Assembly: GCA_963664235.1 (NCBI GenBank) | Contig: OY760933.1 | Span: 2,395,419-2,459,418 of the forward strand | DNA length: 64,000 nt | Source of the DNA: Acidimicrobiales bacterium | Lineage (GTDB): Bacteria > Actinomycetota > Acidimicrobiia > Acidimicrobiales > CATQHL01 | Direction: 5' to 3' | Translations under genes and position numbers: made by a program | Part shown: one piece after another, positions 16,871 through 26,244 of the stretch | Layout of the letters: each line of letters starts with the position of its first letter | Position numbering within the stretch: the first letter of the stretch is position 1 | The notes under the pieces: generated by a model | What the model was told of the DNA's origin: nothing | Database searches by the model: none | The model's input: only the letters and a program-made list of their open reading frames with translations

Positions 16871-17197
16871 ATGTCCCTGAACGAAGACACGACGGAAGCT
16901 GCGGCTCCAAGTCGCTCGGAGGTTGGGATGAGACCGCTGCAAACGAGTCGGGACCTCGGTATGGCCATCCGCCGAGCGCGACATGACAAGGGCCTGTCGC
17001 AGGTCGAGTTGGCGGCGCGGGCAGGGGTGGGGCGTCCCTGGCTGTCCGAGACGGAGAACGGCAAGCGCACAGCGGAGATCGGTCGCATCCTGCTGGTCCT
17101 CAGTTCGCTGGATCTCGCGGTCGCTCTGATTCCAGCGCCGACACAGGGCGATGCCGGCGTCGACCTCGATTCTCTGCTGGCGGACACGGTCGGCTGA
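16871..17197 (+). CDS. hipB: XRE-family HTH antitoxin HipB
   Basis: LGMAIRRARHDKGLSQVELAARAGVGRPWLSETENGKR. The stop overlaps the hipA ATG (TGATG). The start could instead be near 16928 (MRPLQ). Confidence 0.7.
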   Translation: MSLNEDTTEAAAPSRSEVGMRPLQTSRDLGMAIRRARHDKGLSQVELAARAGVGRPWLSETENGKRTAEIGRILLVLSSLDLAVALIPAPTQGDAGVDLDSLLADTVG

Positions 17198-18483
17198 TGC
17201 CGGCTGACGTGCTGCTGGTCGCCCTCGAGGGGCGCTCCATCGGCCGGATCGAGCGCGCCCAACACGGTCACCTGCGGCTCCGCTACGACGATGGAATCGA
17301 TGCCGCCGGGACGCCGCTGTCGGTGTCGATGCCGTTGGCTGTTGCGCACCACGGCGACGCCCGCGTCACGCCGTGGCTGTGGGGGATTCTCCCGGAGAAT
17401 GCGGACGTCCTGGCGCGCTGGGGGCGCCGGTTCGGGGTCTCGGTGGCGTCGCCGTTCCCGCTTCTTGCCACACCCGTGGGTCGGGACTGCCCAGGAGCGG
17501 TGCAATTCTGCCCGCCGAGCGAACACGAGAACCTGCTGAGGCGCCAGGGCGACGTGGCCCCCCAGACCGAGGCACAAGTGGCCCAGCGGCTGCGAGACCT
17601 GCGCGGCGACGCCACCTCCTGGCTCGGGTCGGACTTCGCGGGACGGTTCAGCCTCGCCGGCGCGCAGGCAAAGACAGCGCTGCACTTCGCGTCGGGACGC
17701 TGGGGTGTTCCGGCGGGGGCGGTGCCCACGACTCACATCCTCAAGCCCGGTATCTCGGGACTTCAGCATCTCGAACTCAACGAGCACCTCTGCCTGCGTA
17801 CCGCGGCCCTCGCTGGACTGCCTGCGGCACGCACCAGGATCGAAACCTTCGAGGATCAAACCGCCATCGTCGTCACGCGGTTCGACCGCACGCACTCCGG
17901 TGGTTCGCTGATCCGCGTGCACCAGGAAGATCTCTGCCAGGCGCTCGGAGTGCACCCTGCCCGCAAGTACCAGGCCGACGGCGGCCCGACCCCCGGCCAC
18001 GTGGCGGAGTTGCTGCGGGCATGCGTCGCCGGAGCCGCCGCCGAGGAGGACGTGTGGCGATTCGCCGACGCGTTGGCGTTCAACTGGCTGATCGGTGGCA
18101 CCGACGCCCATGCCAAGAACTACAGCCTGCTGCTTGCCGGAACCCGGGTGCGTCTAGCTCCGCTCTACGACGTGGCGTCGACGCTCCCCTACGACGACAG
18201 CGACGGCCACCAACTCCGTCTCGCCATGAAGGTCGGCCGGGAGTACAGGCTGCGACGAACCGATAGGCGCAGCGCATGGGAGAAGGTCGCAGCCGAGCTG
18301 GGCGTCGACGCCGCTCGGCTGCTCCAGCGGGTGCTGGACCTCGCCGGGAAGATCCCCGCGGCGCTGGAGCAGGCAACGGCCGAGGAGGATGTGGCGAGGA
18401 TCGAATCCGATCTCCCGCGGCGGCTATTGGACGGCGTTGCCGCACGCGCGCTCCACTGCGCCCGGTCCTTCAACGCGGGCTGA
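17197..18483 (+). CDS. hipA: HipA-family serine/threonine kinase toxin
   Basis: FSLAGAQAKTAL, HILKP, IRVHQEDLCQALG and GGTDAHAKNYSLL (catalytic D.H.KN). Confidence 0.85.
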   Translation: MPADVLLVALEGRSIGRIERAQHGHLRLRYDDGIDAAGTPLSVSMPLAVAHHGDARVTPWLWGILPENADVLARWGRRFGVSVASPFPLLATPVGRDCPGAVQFCPPSEHENLLRRQGDVAPQTEAQVAQRLRDLRGDATSWLGSDFAGRFSLAGAQAKTALHFASGRWGVPAGAVPTTHILKPGISGLQHLELNEHLCLRTAALAGLPAARTRIETFEDQTAIVVTRFDRTHSGGSLIRVHQEDLCQALGVHPARKYQADGGPTPGHVAELLRACVAGAAAEEDVWRFADALAFNWLIGGTDAHAKNYSLLLAGTRVRLAPLYDVASTLPYDDSDGHQLRLAMKVGREYRLRRTDRRSAWEKVAAELGVDAARLLQRVLDLAGKIPAALEQATAEEDVARIESDLPRRLLDGVAARALHCARSFNAG

Positions 18484-18492
18484 CGGACTGGG

Positions 18493-18981
18493 TCAGCGAC
18501 CGTCCCGGTCGTGGGTGCGGGCGGCCTGCGACATGGCGCGGCGAGCCTCCAGTTCGGCCTCCCGGCGGGCCAGGATCGTGCGCCGGTCCACCTTGCGGCG
18601 CCGCCGGGCCAGCGCCATCTCCACCTTCGCCCGGCCGTCGCGGAAGTACAGCGACAGGGGGATCAGCAGCAGGCGGTCCTGCTCCACCCGGGCTTTGATC
18701 CGGCTGATCTCCGAGCGGTGCAGCAGGAGCTTGCGCGGCCGGTCGGGGTCGGGGGCGAAGGCCGCAGCGACGGTCGGCCGGGGCGGCACGTGCATGGAGT
18801 GCAGCCACACCTCGCCGCTGGCCACCTTGCCGTACGCCTCGGTGAGCGTCACCGTGCCGTCGCGCAGCGACTTCACTTCGCTGCCCCGCAGCACCATGCC
18901 GCACTCGTAGGTGCCGATGATGTCGTAGTCGCGCTGGGCGCGCCGGTTCGTGGCAATCACCTTGACGTCGGCGTCGTCCAT
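18493..18981 (-). CDS. smpB: SsrA-binding protein
   Basis: IATNRRAQRDYDIIGTYECGMVLRGSEVKSLR..LHRSEISRI..LIPLSLYF. Confidence 0.9.
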   Translation of the reverse strand: MDDADVKVIATNRRAQRDYDIIGTYECGMVLRGSEVKSLRDGTVTLTEAYGKVASGEVWLHSMHVPPRPTVAAAFAPDPDRPRKLLLHRSEISRIKARVEQDRLLLIPLSLYFRDGRAKVEMALARRRRKVDRRTILARREAELEARRAMSQAARTHDRDGR

Positions 18982-19046
18982 GAGCGCAGGTTAACGAGCC
19001 GCCGGCGCGGGTGGGCCGGGGGTGGGGGTGACGTACGCTTGCGCCC

Positions 19047-19463
19047 GTGCTGGGGCTTAGCCGCGAGGTGTACGACCGGATGCTCGCCCACGCGGTCACC
19101 GGGCTGCCGCAGGAGGCGTGCGGGTTGTTCGCCGCGGGCTCCGAGAACGGCGACGTGGTGGCCTTCTACCCCATGAGCAACGCCGCCGACTCCGAGACGC
19201 TCTACGAGTTCGACGGCGCCGAACACCTGGCGGTCGAGAAGCAGGCCGAGGAGGCCGGCCTCACCGTCATCGGCGTCATGCACTCCCACACCCGCAGCAC
19301 CGCCTACCCGTCGCCGACCGACGTGGCCCAGGCCACCCGCTTCGACCCCCTCGGCGTGTGGCACTACGTGATCGTGTCGCTGAAGCACCCCGAGCCGGCG
19401 CTGCGCAGCTACCGCATCGTCGCCGAGCGCATCACAGAGGAAGAGGTCCAGGTCCGTCCCTGA
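19047..19463 (+). CDS. mec: Mov34/MPN/JAMM metalloprotease (Mec-like)
   Basis: EACGLF and the JAMM motif HSHTRSTAYPSPTD. Sits next to a CysM-type cysteine synthase gene. Confidence 0.8.
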   Translation: MLGLSREVYDRMLAHAVTGLPQEACGLFAAGSENGDVVAFYPMSNAADSETLYEFDGAEHLAVEKQAEEAGLTVIGVMHSHTRSTAYPSPTDVAQATRFDPLGVWHYVIVSLKHPEPALRSYRIVAERITEEEVQVRP

Positions 19464-19535
19464 CGGCGGATCGAGGCACCGACACCCACCGGTAGAATTC
19501 CCAGCGAATCGGTCAACAATTCCCCCGGGATCGCC

Positions 19536-20486
19536 ATGGGTGTCCACGCCTCGGTAATCGACTGCATCGGCAACACGCCGGTCATCGACGTCAGCGCCCT
19601 CAGCCCCAACCCGGCGGTGCGCATCCTCGCCAAGCTGGAGGGCCAGAACCCCGGCGGCTCGGTGAAGGACCGGGTCGCCCGCTCGATGATCGAGGCCGCT
19701 GAGGCCGACGGCACGCTGCGGCCCGACACCACCATCCTGGAACCGTCCTCGGGCAACACCGGCATCGCCCTGGCGCTGATCGCCCGGCTGCGGGGCTACC
19801 CCGCCAAGATCGTCCTGCCCACCAACGTCTCCAGCGAGCGCCGCGACCTGCTGGAGATCTACGGCGCCGAGATCATCGACTCGCCGGGCGCCGAGGGCTC
19901 CAACGGGGCGGTGCGCCGGGCCGAACGTCTCGCCGCCGAGCATCCCGAATGGGCCTACCTGTGCCAGTACGCCAACGAGGCCAACCCCCGGGCGCACTAC
20001 GACACCACCGGCCCGGAGATCCTCGCCGACTGCCCCGACATCACCCACTTCGTGGCCGGCCTGGGCACCGCCGGCACGCTCATGGGCGTCGGCCGCTACC
20101 TCAAGGAACACAAACCCGACGTGAAGGTCTACGCCGTGGAGCCCCCGGCGGGGGAGAAGGTGGAAGGTCTGCGCAGCCTCGACGACGGCTACATCCCGCC
20201 CGTGTACGAGAACTGGGGCGGCAACGAACTGCTGGACGGCAAGCGCATCGTGCGCACCCGCGAGGCGCTGGAGTACACGCGCCGACTGGCCACCGAGGTC
20301 TCGGTGTTCGCCGGCATCTCCAGCGGGGCCGCCCTGGCCGGGGCCTGCCGGGTGGCGGAGCGCATCGACTCCGGGGTGATCGTCTTCGTGGCCGCCGACG
20401 GTGGCTGGAAGTACCTCTCGACGCGTGCCTGGACCGACCCCATCGAGGACGTCATCGAACGCGCCGAGCGCATCATCTACTTCTGA
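19536..20486 (+). CDS. cysM: PLP-dependent cysteine synthase (CysM/CysK family)
   Basis: GNTPVI..KLEGQNPGGSVKDR, SSGNTGIALA and GLGTAGTLMG. Confidence 0.85.
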   Translation: MGVHASVIDCIGNTPVIDVSALSPNPAVRILAKLEGQNPGGSVKDRVARSMIEAAEADGTLRPDTTILEPSSGNTGIALALIARLRGYPAKIVLPTNVSSERRDLLEIYGAEIIDSPGAEGSNGAVRRAERLAAEHPEWAYLCQYANEANPRAHYDTTGPEILADCPDITHFVAGLGTAGTLMGVGRYLKEHKPDVKVYAVEPPAGEKVEGLRSLDDGYIPPVYENWGGNELLDGKRIVRTREALEYTRRLATEVSVFAGISSGAALAGACRVAERIDSGVIVFVAADGGWKYLSTRAWTDPIEDVIERAERIIYF

Positions 20487-20524
20487 GCGGGCCACCGCCG
20501 TTGCGCGTGGCGCGGGGGCATCTC

Positions 20525-20558
20525 AACACCTCTGGATTCCGGCGTTCGCCGGAATGAC
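20525..20558. repeat. REP-like hairpin element (the 'IPAFAGMT' repeat)
   Basis: AACACCTCTGGATTCCGGCGTTCGCCGGAATGAC is the reverse complement of the copy at 26446-26477. Core hairpin ATTCCGGCG-NNN-CGCCGGAAT. Confidence 0.7.
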
Positions 20559-20597
20559 GGCTGGGGGCCTCTCCCGGTATGGCCCGCGAAAAAGGGT

Positions 20598-20625
20598 CCG
20601 GCCCCGGGTCGAAACCCGGGGCCGG
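20598..20625. terminator. bidirectional stem-loop between convergent cysM and the nucleotidase gene
   Basis: CCGGCCCCGGG-TCGAAA-CCCGGGGCCGG, a perfect 11-bp GC stem. Confidence 0.55.
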
Positions 20626-20648
20626 AGTTGTTCAGGTGTTGGGATGGA

Positions 20649-22589
20649 TCAGCCGGTGGGCTGCTCGGCGGGCGGACCCATGTCGTCCATGTCGCCGTCG
20701 TCCATGCCGTCGGCTGCGTCGTCGTCCATGTCGCCGTCGTCCATGCCGTCGGCTGCGTCGTCGTCCATGTCGCCGTCGTCCATGTCGTCGTCCATGTCGG
20801 CGGACGAGTCGAGGATCGTCACACGGCCCTCGCCGCCGGACGGGTACTGCTCGGCCGTCACGACGCCGCCGAGGGCGTCGGTGAGGTAGTCGGCCAGCGC
20901 GCGCTGGTCGTTGATGCCCAGCTTGGTGTGCGGCAGGTCGCCAGCCGGGAAGCAGTCGCCGCCGCCGGCGAACCAACTCACCGTCGTCATTACGACCGGA
21001 TCACCCGGCACCACCTCGCCGTCTTCGACGATGACCGTGCCGTCGTCGAGGACGATGCTGCGCACGCGGGATCCCTCGTCGCCGATGTTGGAGCAGTCGC
21101 CCTCACGGTCGGTCTCCCGAGCCGGCATGCCCATGTCGATGACCAGGCTCATGCCCGCCACCTGCGAGTACTGCCCGCAGGTTCCCGGGATGCAGTCGTA
21201 GGACACCTCCATTGCCGCCTTCAGTCGCTCGCGGGTCATCTCGAAAGTGACCATCACGTTGTTGAACGGCGAGATGTCGAAGGTCGTGGACTCGCTGAGG
21301 TCGCTGCCGGCGGGGATGATGGAGTCGTTGCGGATGCCGCCGCCGCCCTGGATGGCGATGTCCGGCGTCGCGGTGCCGTACTCCTCGGCCCGCTCGGTGC
21401 CCACCCAGAGGGAGGCGTCGGCGACCAGGTTGCCCTGGTTGGTCTCACGCGTGCGGACCTGCGAACGCCGGCCGTCGAGGTCCACCTCGGTGGTTGCCAG
21501 GATGTTGCTGTCCAACGCCGCCACGGCTGCCGCCAGTGGCTCTTCCACGGCCGCCAACACGTCGGGGTCGGGGGTCTCGTCGAGGCTCACGCCCACCGAG
21601 CGGCCCGCGGCGGAAACCACGTTGCCGTCGGCGTCGAAGGTGACGGTGAGCTCGCCGATGCAGCGGTAGCCGCCGGGTGCGGTGATGACCGGCACGGTGT
21701 TGCCGTCGGCGTCGGTTGCCTCCAGCGGGTACGGGCCGGCGGTCTCCTCCTCGGGCAGGCAGGTGCTGGTGTCGCTGCGCAGCATCTCGTCGCCGCCGCC
21801 GCCGATGGCCACGTCGACGCCGGAGATGGAAGCGAGCGCCTCCACGTCCTCGTCCACCTGCTGCAGGTGGCTGATGAGGATGATCTTGTTGACGCCTGCC
21901 TCGGTGAGGGAGGCGACCTCGGCGTTGACCGCCTCGGCGACCGCCGACACGACGGCGTTGCGCGGCGCGGAGATGGCTCCCAGCATCGGGGTGATGGCGC
22001 CGATGACGCCGACCTTCTCGCCGCCGGTCTCCACGATCGTGCTGCGGGCGAGGCGCCCGGCCTCAACCATCGCCACGAGCGCCGGCTCGGCCGACACGTC
22101 CAGGTTGGCCGACAGGAAGACCACCGGCGGGTCGAAGCCCTCGAAGAACTCCGCCGCCACGTCGGGGCCGAAGTCCATGTCGTGGTTGCCCACCGCCATG
22201 GCGTCGTACAGGCCACTGAGAGCGATGGAGTCGTAGAACGGAGCACCACGCTCCAAGCTGACGTTCCACTCCTTGGACGCCAGGAAGTTGTCGCCGGCGG
22301 TGACGGTGAGAACGCCGTCGGTGTCCGCACCCTCCTGCAGGTTCCGCAGAGCGGTCACGAACCGGGCGATACCCGGGAAGCCCCTGTCCGCGTTGTGCAG
22401 CAGCTTCGACTCGCCGTCGTTGTTGTGCAGGATGGTGAGCGTGTAGTCCGCGTTGTCCTGGGCGTTGAGCGCGGTTGGCGCCAGCGCCGTAACGGAGACG
22501 AGCAGTCCGAGCGCCGCCAGCACGACGGCGGGCTTGCGCCACCTGGTTCGATTTGTGTTTCCCCTAGTGGGGACGGTCTTTTTGGTCAT
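20649..22589 (-). CDS. secreted bifunctional metallophosphatase/5'-nucleotidase with acidic repeat tail
   Basis: Signal peptide [34 protein letters not shown] and GNHDMDFG metallophosphatase motifs, plus a 5'-nucleotidase C-domain. Tail [39 protein letters not shown]. Confidence 0.85.
   Translation of the reverse strand: MTKKTVPTRGNTNRTRWRKPAVVLAALGLLVSVTALAPTALNAQDNADYTLTILHNNDGESKLLHNADRGFPGIARFVTALRNLQEGADTDGVLTVTAGDNFLASKEWNVSLERGAPFYDSIALSGLYDAMAVGNHDMDFGPDVAAEFFEGFDPPVVFLSANLDVSAEPALVAMVEAGRLARSTIVETGGEKVGVIGAITPMLGAISAPRNAVVSAVAEAVNAEVASLTEAGVNKIILISHLQQVDEDVEALASISGVDVAIGGGGDEMLRSDTSTCLPEEETAGPYPLEATDADGNTVPVITAPGGYRCIGELTVTFDADGNVVSAAGRSVGVSLDETPDPDVLAAVEEPLAAAVAALDSNILATTEVDLDGRRSQVRTRETNQGNLVADASLWVGTERAEEYGTATPDIAIQGGGGIRNDSIIPAGSDLSESTTFDISPFNNVMVTFEMTRERLKAAMEVSYDCIPGTCGQYSQVAGMSLVIDMGMPARETDREGDCSNIGDEGSRVRSIVLDDGTVIVEDGEVVPGDPVVMTTVSWFAGGGDCFPAGDLPHTKLGINDQRALADYLTDALGGVVTAEQYPSGGEGRVTILDSSADMDDDMDDGDMDDDAADGMDDGDMDDDAADGMDDGDMDDMGPPAEQPTG
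20688..20790. repeat. 39-bp tandem repeat (about 2.5 copies) encoding the D/M-rich tail
   Basis: CATGTCGCCGTCGTCCATGCCGTCGGCTGCGTCGTCGTC at 20688 and 20727, then a partial copy. Confidence 0.8.
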
Positions 22590-22746
22590 GGCGGGACTAT
22601 ACGACCGCGACGCGGGCTCTGCTCGCTCGCGGCGTGGTTCGGGGCGCTGCTTGTGGGTTGAGGGGCGCCGCTTGCGCCGCGGTTGGGGCGGGGAAGGCCG
22701 ACGTAACCTGTTGCGCCGGTTGCCGAGCGGGGATGGGGATGCAGCA

Positions 22747-23477
22747 GTGAGACCAAACGGACGTGAACCTCACGAGTTGCGACCACTCAGCTTCACGCGG
22801 GACTACACCGAGATGGCCGCCGGCGCGGTGCTGGTCGCCCTGGGGCAGACCCGGGTGCTGTGCACCGCCTCGGTGAGCGAGGACGTGCCGCGCTGGATGC
22901 GGGGCCGGGGCAGCGGCTGGGTGACCGCCGAATACTCGATGCTGCCCGGCAGTTCCACCGAGCGAGTGGCGCGGGAGGCCCGCGCCGGCCGCCAGTCCGG
23001 GCGCACCCAGGAGATCCAGCGGCTGGTGGGCCGCTCGCTGCGGGCGGTGTGCGACCTGGGCCGCCTGGGGGAGCGGTCGGTGACGGTGGACTGCGACGTG
23101 CTGCAAGCCGACGGCGGCACCCGCGTGGCGTCGATCTGCGGGGGCTACGTGGCGCTGCACGACGCCCTCACCCGCTGGAGCTGCGGGGCCCGCACCCGCT
23201 GACCGACGCCTGCGCGGCAGTCTCGGTGGCGGTGGTCGGCGGCCGTGCGGTCCTGGACCCCGACTACGTCGAGGACGCCGGCGCGGACGTGGACATGAAC
23301 GTGGTGATGACCGGTGCAGGCGACCTGATCGAGGTGCAAGGCACCGCCGAGGGCGCCCCGTTCGGCCGCCCGCTGCTCGACGAGCTGCTGGACCTGGCAG
23401 CCGCCGGCATCGCCGAGATCAACCGGAGCCAGCGGGAGGTACTCAGCCGGCCACCTGCGCCGCGCCCGGCATCGTGA
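22747..23477 (+). pseudogene. rph: ribonuclease PH with an apparent 1-nt frameshift near 23172-23178
   Basis: GTG at 22747. [57 protein letters not shown], then TGA at 23200. The next frame continues [44 protein letters not shown]. Confidence 0.8.
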
Positions 23478-24079
23478 GCGCACCGCACGTCTTCGTCGCC
23501 GCCACGGCCAACCCGCACAAGCTCACCGAGATGCTCGCCGCCCTCGACGGTGTTGCCACGCTGCTGCCCCGGCCCGCCGGGCTGGGTGAGGTTCCCGAGG
23601 ACGGCGACACGCTGGAAGCCAACGCCCGAACGAAGGCCGAGGCCGTGGCGGCGGCTGCGGGAGCCGCTGCGCTCGCAGACGACACCGGGTTGGAGGTGGA
23701 TGCCCTCGATGGCGCCCCGGGCGTGCACTCGGCGCGCTACGCCGGGTCGCCGGCCGACGACGCCGCGAACGTCGCCAAACTGCTGGCGGCCCTTGCGGGA
23801 GTGCCGCCGGAACGCCGCACCGCACGATTCCGAACCGTGGTCGTGGCGCGCTGGCCCGGCGGGCGAGAGGTGCTGGCCGAGGGCGTCGTGGAGGGCGCCA
23901 TCGCCACCGAGCCGCGAGGCGGCCGGGGATTCGGCTACGACCCGGTCTTCATCCCGTCACCCGGCGCGCTGACGTTCGCCGAGATGAGCCTCGAGGACAA
24001 GGACGCCATCAGCCACCGCGGTCGCGCGCTCCGGGAACTCGCACGGCTCCTGGCCGCGCCCGTCGCCCGTCGCCCCTAG
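23474..24079 (+). CDS. rdgB: non-canonical purine NTP pyrophosphatase (RdgB/HAM1)
   Basis: [40 protein letters not shown] and [12 protein letters not shown] overlap with the rph stop. Confidence 0.9.
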   Translation: MSAPHVFVAATANPHKLTEMLAALDGVATLLPRPAGLGEVPEDGDTLEANARTKAEAVAAAAGAAALADDTGLEVDALDGAPGVHSARYAGSPADDAANVAKLLAALAGVPPERRTARFRTVVVARWPGGREVLAEGVVEGAIATEPRGGRGFGYDPVFIPSPGALTFAEMSLEDKDAISHRGRALRELARLLAAPVARRP

Positions 24080-24129
24080 GCACCCACCGGCTGCCACGCT
24101 CATCGGGGACTCGACGGCGGCACGGATCG

Positions 24130-25455
24130 CTAGCCGGCGGTTGTGCCGCTCCCTGTCGCCGGAAGCGTGACGATCATCTGGGTGAACTCGCCGGGCTCGG
24201 ACTCGGCCTCGATCGAGCCGCCGTGCTGGCGGACCACGTCGCTGGAGATGCTCAGCCCCAAACCCACGCCCGTCCCCGACGGTTTCGTCGTAAAGAACGG
24301 GTTGAAGATCTTGTCCACGGAGTCCGGCTGGATCCCGGTCCCGTTGTCCCGGACGCGGATGATCACCTCGTTGGCGGTTCTCTCGCTGCTCAGCCACAAG
24401 GTCGGCTGATAGGAGCCGCCGTCCCCGGCGGCCAGCCGGCGCTTCTCGTCCATGGCGAACAAGGCGTTGCCGACGAGATTCAGGAACACCCGACCCATGT
24501 CCTCGGGCACGACCTCCAACTCCCCGACGTCGGGATCCAACTCGCTGCGAACGTCGACCTGGAGGTCCTCATCCAGAGCCCCGGCGCTGTGGAGAGCGAT
24601 ATTGGCTCTGTCGCTGAGCAGGTCGTTCATGTCAACCGACTGGGGCTTGCCGCCGCCGCGTCCGATCGTCACCATGTCCCGGACGATCCGGTCGGCGCGA
24701 TCGCCATGGGACCGGATCCGCAGCAGGTTCGCGGTCAACTCGTCAACGGCCTCGACGATGACGGTGCGGCTGGTGTCGGTGAGTCCCTCGGCGTGCTGGG
24801 TGATTTCATCGCGGAGCTCGCTGAGGAGATCCTCCGACGCCTCGGAGAAGTTCTTCATGAAGTTGAGGGGGTTCCGGATCTCATGGGCCACGCCGGCGGT
24901 CAGCTCGCCGAGCTCCACCAGCTTCTGGCGCAGGATGATGCGATCCTGCGTCTGGCGCAGCTCCGCCACCACCCGCTCCAACTCGTCGTTCTTCTGTTGC
25001 AGGCTGGCGGACAGCTCGCGCACAAGGTCCAGTTGCAGAGCCTCGATCGACCGTTGCCGCAGCCGCTCCAGCGCCCGGGCCGCCTCGTTCACCTCGTCGT
25101 CGCCGGTCAACTCCACGGTGTAGTCGAGGTTGCCTTCGCCCATGTGGCGAATCCAGATCTCCAGCTCGACGGTTCGAACACCGGTTTCCACGAGGCGGTA
25201 GGCGACGAAGAAGCACAAACACAGACACAACGATGCCAGCGCGATCAGGAGTCCCCGGCCGCTCCCGGTGGCCTGCCAGAGCAAGAGGACCTCGGCCGCC
25301 AGAGTCAGCATCATGGCGACGACCACCTGCACCGACTTGCGCTTCAGGCTGAGACGCGCGACCGGAGGAGGGGGCCTGCTGGGAATCGGCTCGGGCGCCA
25401 TGTTCTCCGTTCCTTGGGCTTGCCGGTCGATACTCGGATGCAATGCGGCGTTCAC
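24130..25455 (-). CDS. membrane sensor histidine kinase (HAMP-HisKA-HATPase)
   Basis: Two TM segments. H-box AGVAHEIRNPLNF, N-box LNLVGNALFA, G-boxes VRDNGTGI and GTGVGLGL. Confidence 0.85.
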   Translation of the reverse strand: MNAALHPSIDRQAQGTENMAPEPIPSRPPPPVARLSLKRKSVQVVVAMMLTLAAEVLLLWQATGSGRGLLIALASLCLCLCFFVAYRLVETGVRTVELEIWIRHMGEGNLDYTVELTGDDEVNEAARALERLRQRSIEALQLDLVRELSASLQQKNDELERVVAELRQTQDRIILRQKLVELGELTAGVAHEIRNPLNFMKNFSEASEDLLSELRDEITQHAEGLTDTSRTVIVEAVDELTANLLRIRSHGDRADRIVRDMVTIGRGGGKPQSVDMNDLLSDRANIALHSAGALDEDLQVDVRSELDPDVGELEVVPEDMGRVFLNLVGNALFAMDEKRRLAAGDGGSYQPTLWLSSERTANEVIIRVRDNGTGIQPDSVDKIFNPFFTTKPSGTGVGLGLSISSDVVRQHGGSIEAESEPGEFTQMIVTLPATGSGTTAG

Positions 25456-25476
25456 GTCACGGCGAAGTCAATTCAG

Positions 25477-25561
25477 TGCGCCAGGTGGGATTCGAACCCA
25501 CACGAGCCGAAGCTCACAGGGACCTAAACCCTGCACGTCTGCCAGATTCCGTCACTGGCGC
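25477..25561 (-). tRNA. tRNA-Leu (anticodon TAG)
   Basis: GCGCCAG-TG-ACG..CGT-G-CAGGG-TTTAGGT-CCCTG-(variable arm GAGCTTCGGCTC)-GTGGG-TTCGAAT-CCCAC-CTGGCGC-A. The cloverleaf folds by hand. CCA is not encoded. Confidence 0.85.
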
Positions 25562-25566
25562 GGGGC

Positions 25567-26244
25567 GTGGCCCGCGATCAGATTATCGGTAGCCTGCGCG
25601 CAGGACGTCCGGGAGGTGTGCCGGTGGAATTGTCAGCTCTTGGACTGCCGGGCGCGCCCGACGCGGCCCGCAACGAGGACGCCGCCAAACGGGACGGTTC
25701 CCCGGACATCTTCCAGCAACTGCTGCGCCAGCGGATCGTGTTCCTGGGGCGCGCCGTGGACGACGAACTGGCCAACTCCGTCACCGCCCAACTGCTGTAC
25801 CTCGAGGGCCAGGACCGCAACCGCGACATCTGGATGTACATCAACTCACCGGGCGGTTCGATCACCTCGGGCATGGCCATCTACGACACCATGCAGTTCG
25901 TCACCCCCGACGTCGGCACCGTCTGCATGGGTCTCGGCGCCTCCATGGCGCAGTTCCTGCTGTGCGCCGGCGCCGCCGGCAAGCGCTACGCCCTGCCGCA
26001 CGCCCGCATCCTCATGCATCAGCCCCACGGCGGGGTTCAGGGTCAGGCCTCCGACATTGCCATCCAGGCCGAGCAGATGACCTACATCAAGAAGATCCTG
26101 GCCGAGCGCATCTCCGAGCACACCGGCCAGCCGGTCGATCAGGTCGAGGCCGACTTCGACCGGGACCGCTGGTTCACCGCCGAGCAGGCCAAGGAGTACG
26201 GCATCATCGACGAGGTGATCGCCAACCGCGGCGAGATCCGCTAG
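25567..26244 (+). CDS. clpP: ATP-dependent Clp protease proteolytic subunit
   Basis: RIVFLG..YINSPGGSITSGMAIYDTM..GLGASMAQFLL..ILMHQP..DRDRWFTAEQAKEYG. The true start is probably the GTG at 25624, after GGAGG. Confidence 0.9.
   Translation: MARDQIIGSLRAGRPGGVPVELSALGLPGAPDAARNEDAAKRDGSPDIFQQLLRQRIVFLGRAVDDELANSVTAQLLYLEGQDRNRDIWMYINSPGGSITSGMAIYDTMQFVTPDVGTVCMGLGASMAQFLLCAGAAGKRYALPHARILMHQPHGGVQGQASDIAIQAEQMTYIKKILAERISEHTGQPVDQVEADFDRDRWFTAEQAKEYGIIDEVIANRGEIR

Noticed and set aside
16273-16986. Plus-strand ORFs 16273..16986, 16289..16618 and 16200..16553
   Set aside because: They overlap the tmRNA gene. Their translations simply reflect the structured RNA sequence.
18478-18500. Stem GCTGAC..GTCAGC spanning the convergent hipA and smpB stop codons, as a possible terminator
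   Set aside because: It is only a 6-bp stem with no U-tract, so it is not strong enough to annotate.
19464-19535. Search for a cysO (ThiS-like sulfur carrier) gene between mec and cysM
   Set aside because: The gap is only 72 bp with no ORF, so no feature was called.
20628-22661. 677-aa plus-strand ORF, and similar long ORFs at 18957..20495(-), 38733..41534(+), 47316..49064(-), 55045..57072(-), 57909..59726(-), 42717..43760(+), 24223..25527(+), 14991..16031(+) and 31432..32730(-)
   Set aside because: Each lies antisense to a gene with clear catalytic motifs. Their translations are Arg/Gly/Ala/Val/His/Asp-rich low-complexity strings with no motifs. These are typical high-GC shadow ORFs.
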